IMG/VR virus record: IMGVR_UViG_3300048599_000086
Coordinates: 1-27,600 of that record
Origin: a virus
Lineage: Duplodnaviria; Caudoviricetes
Strand: one strand, 5' to 3'
Length of the DNA: 27,600 nucleotides
Below are positions 25,193 to 27,600 of this stretch, one piece after another. The translations under genes and the position numbers were made by a program. The number at the start of each line of letters is the position of its first letter. Positions within the stretch are counted from its first letter, which is position 1. A model generated the notes under the pieces. That model was given only the letters and a program-made list of their open reading frames with translations. It had not been told where the DNA came from and ran no database searches.

Positions 25193-25887
25193 CGGGTGAG
25201 GGTTGAGATATTGCGGCGAAGGGATGCCGCCGTTTCCGCCAGACCGTCCGCCTCACGGGACGCATCAGCGCAGTCGAGATCACCGCCCTCACGGAGGTGC
25301 TTCTTGAGGATCGCAACCGCGCTCACCGCAGCCGCGTTCGACAAATTCAGTTCCTTGCGGAGCTCTTGCTCGATGGCGCGGCACAGTGGGCCGTCCAGCC
25401 ATTCAAGAGCCTTGACGCGCGAGATGCCCGCGCGCGGGTTCATGCCGATCGGCACGACCGAGATTTCGAAGAGGTTGATTTCCTTCAGCCGGCACACCAG
25501 GCCATTGCGCTCCAGAACGGAGCCGCCTTGCGGCACACGATACCCGATCGACATCGCGTCGAGCGTGCCGTCCTTCATCGCCGCATGAACGTCGCGAGCG
25601 CGAGGGATATCCAGCGTCAACTGACCGCGCGCCATCAGGCCGCGATCATCTTCGCGCAGTTCAAGCCATTTGCCGATCGGCACCGAGCGCGCGTCGTGGC
25701 CGAAGAACATCTTGATGTCCTTCAGCTTCTTCGTGGCCAGCGTCTTCGTGAAGGCGCCGCGATCGACAATATCGCCGCCGAGATCGACGTTCCCGAACGT
25801 CGACGCATAGCCGATGAATTCACCGCGCGCGGTCGCGTCGGCATCCGCAAATTTGAATTCCGCAACTCCGTCGAGGCGGTCCATCAT
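25186..25887 (-). CDS. Prohead maturation protease, HK97 family
   Basis: GYASTFGNVDLGGD, FFGHD, MSIGY, LFEISVV. Confidence 0.95.
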   Translation of the reverse strand: MMDRLDGVAEFKFADADATARGEFIGYASTFGNVDLGGDIVDRGAFTKTLATKKLKDIKMFFGHDARSVPIGKWLELREDDRGLMARGQLTLDIPRARDVHAAMKDGTLDAMSIGYRVPQGGSVLERNGLVCRLKEINLFEISVVPIGMNPRAGISRVKALEWLDGPLCRAIEQELRKELNLSNAAAVSAVAILKKHLREGGDLDCADASREADGLAETAASLRRNISTLTRW

Positions 25888-27143
25888 TCGTCTCCAGATT
25901 TGCCTTGCGGGCGCTCGCCTGGATTCGTCACAGGTTTGGCCGGCGGCTGCGGAAGCTTGTCGGCTTCCGGATCGTCGCTGCGATCCATGTCTTCGAGATC
26001 GCGGACTTCGTTCTGCGTGAGCCAGCCCTTGGTGCCGCCCGATCCGAGTGCCTTCGTGTAGTATTCCGACTTCGCCTGCGGCGCCGTGCTCATCAGCGCG
26101 TTGACAACGAACTTCGTGTAGAAACCAGCCTTCAGATCGTCGACGCCGAGCAGATTGACGTTGGCGCTCTGCGAGATGCGCCGGTAGATCGGATCGAGCG
26201 TGTATGTCTTGTGCGCCTGGAAGAATTCAGATGCGCTCGCGAAGGTCGGCGACTGATCGCCGGCATGACCCACCATAATCGGCCATACCCGCATGCCGCG
26301 GCAGATTTCCTCGATTTGAAACTTCCGCGTCTCGATCAACTGCTGGTCGATCGCTGACATCGCCATGCGGGTGAATTCCGCTCCCATGTCGAGGATCATT
26401 GGCTTGCCGGCGCGCTCGCCTCCCGGCAGATGCTTGTCCATCCATGCAGCAAGAAAGCCGAACTTATCGGGCGACAGGTTCTCCTTGACTGCATACACCG
26501 CCGTGGTCTGCGGCGAGTTCTTCTGTCCGTCGCTCTGTGCTTGCTCAATCGCTGTCGACAGCCCGATGGCGTTGCGGGTCATCGCGATCGCATCGAGGCC
26601 GATCCAGGAATTCCAGGACGGCCCGCGCAGATGCCATATCGCGTCCGCGGGGAAAATCTGCTCCGCGCCGTTCTTGCCTCGCACCTTGTAGACGAGCGAG
26701 TAATCGTCCTTCTGTTCAACAGTGACGCGACCCGGCTCGATCGGGATCAATTCCCGAATCTCACGTGCACGACCGACCCGATTGACGAACACAAAGGCGT
26801 TGAACGTCAGATCGAGATGAAACGAGATCGTCTCCAGGAATTCGAGCGAGGTCTGCCAGTCGTTCGGCTTGCGGCTGATCAAGAGATGCAGCGGATGATC
26901 AACCGCGATCTTCCGCCCGCCAGCGGTCTCCTGATAAACCCGAAACGGGACCGTCAACCCTTCCGCGCGCACCCGCGCGCATGCCGCAACCGTCGTTACC
27001 TGCAGCGCCGTCCACCAATTCACCGGCACGCCGGCAGCGGAGAGCCGCGAACCGTACACTTCCCGAAACAGATCGAGGGAGGATGTGATTTCCTTGCCGG
27101 TGGACTTCCACTGCAAGGGCCACACCCGCGAAAGGAAGCCCAT
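25884..27143 (-). CDS. Portal protein, HK97 family
   Basis: HPLHLLISRKPNDWQTSLEF, IWHLRG, ETRKFQIEEICR, LTQNEVRDLED. Confidence 0.95.
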   Translation of the reverse strand: MGFLSRVWPLQWKSTGKEITSSLDLFREVYGSRLSAAGVPVNWWTALQVTTVAACARVRAEGLTVPFRVYQETAGGRKIAVDHPLHLLISRKPNDWQTSLEFLETISFHLDLTFNAFVFVNRVGRAREIRELIPIEPGRVTVEQKDDYSLVYKVRGKNGAEQIFPADAIWHLRGPSWNSWIGLDAIAMTRNAIGLSTAIEQAQSDGQKNSPQTTAVYAVKENLSPDKFGFLAAWMDKHLPGGERAGKPMILDMGAEFTRMAMSAIDQQLIETRKFQIEEICRGMRVWPIMVGHAGDQSPTFASASEFFQAHKTYTLDPIYRRISQSANVNLLGVDDLKAGFYTKFVVNALMSTAPQAKSEYYTKALGSGGTKGWLTQNEVRDLEDMDRSDDPEADKLPQPPAKPVTNPGERPQGKSGDE

Positions 27144-27156
27144 AAAGCGTCACCCC

Positions 27157-27600
27157 TTATGCGACTTCCCAGAAGGATTTCGGCTTCTCGCCCGGAGAAG
27201 AGGTCGCGATGCCGAGCGCGTTCACGAGGCCTGCAATCAGATCGATCCGGCCATTCGACTTCGCCTTGGTCGGCTTGATGTTCTCGGCGTCATCGGAGAC
27301 GACCGCGACCGCTTGAGCATGCCGGCGGAACAGCGGGTGGCCCCCGTGATGAAAGCCATTCGCCATCACGAGGCGCTCCAGCTCTTTCGACGGCGCCGAC
27401 AGCGATACGAACCCCTGCCCGAACAAAACGACCGGGATGCCTTCCTGCTCGAGCCGCACCGCGGTGCCGGTCGCATTGAAGCGGTCGATTGCAAGACCGC
27501 CTTCATGGGATTCCCGCTTCGCCTGACCGTAATAGGCCACCCGAAACTTCGTGGCGTCAGCGAGAACCTGTTTCTCGATGAAGCCGTAATCGACGACGTT
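27157..27600 (-). CDS. terL: Terminase large subunit, C-terminal part (continues past the window edge)
   Basis: Frame open to 27600; IDRFNA, QGFVSLSAPSKELE, HGGHPL, KSNGRIDLIA. Confidence 0.92.
   Translation of the reverse strand, partial: NVVDYGFIEKQVLADATKFRVAYYGQAKRESHEGGLAIDRFNATGTAVRLEQEGIPVVLFGQGFVSLSAPSKELERLVMANGFHHGGHPLFRRHAQAVAVVSDDAENIKPTKAKSNGRIDLIAGLVNALGIATSSPGEKPKSFWEVA

Larger units (their letters stand above)
128..27600. mobile_element. Prophage (siphovirus-like, HK97 head), continuing beyond the right edge of the window
   Basis: Complete portal-to-lysis gene order on the - strand and phage-type accessory genes running up to the tRNA 3' end; exact att boundary not determinable without the other end. 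Confidence 0.92.

Noticed and set aside
23639-25588. 649-aa + strand ORF
   Set aside because: Antisense shadow of the capsid and protease genes, expected from biased codon usage in GC-rich DNA; no recognisable motifs

Overview
The window is one end of a GC-rich HK97-fold siphovirus-type prophage, probably in an alphaproteobacterial (rhizobial) host; the host assignment is inference from the tRNA and gene content. It begins just downstream of an intact tRNA with a CAT anticodon (52-127), the likely attachment site. A + strand accessory block (370-4241) holds Zn-finger proteins, a C5 DNA methyltransferase split over two overlapping frames, a compact amino-methyltransferase, an ASCH protein, a chimeric toxin remnant and a HigA-like antitoxin. 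It converges on the - strand late operon: terminase (partial), portal, protease, capsid, head-tail joining proteins, tail tube, chaperones, tape measure, tail tip/fibre proteins and an expanded lysis cassette. No integrase, repressor or replication genes are in the window. Main highlights: (1) a CstII/Maf-fold glycosyltransferase-like gene coupled inside the head operon plus a formyltransferase moron, together a candidate virion or surface glycosylation system; (2) a dual-frame C5-MTase whose motif partition differs from the M.EcoHK31I pattern; (3) a lysis region with several hydrolase chemistries and an unannotated 28-aa membrane peptide; (4) a reading frame open through the tRNA/att junction. 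All family assignments come from motif recognition by eye; no searches were run.
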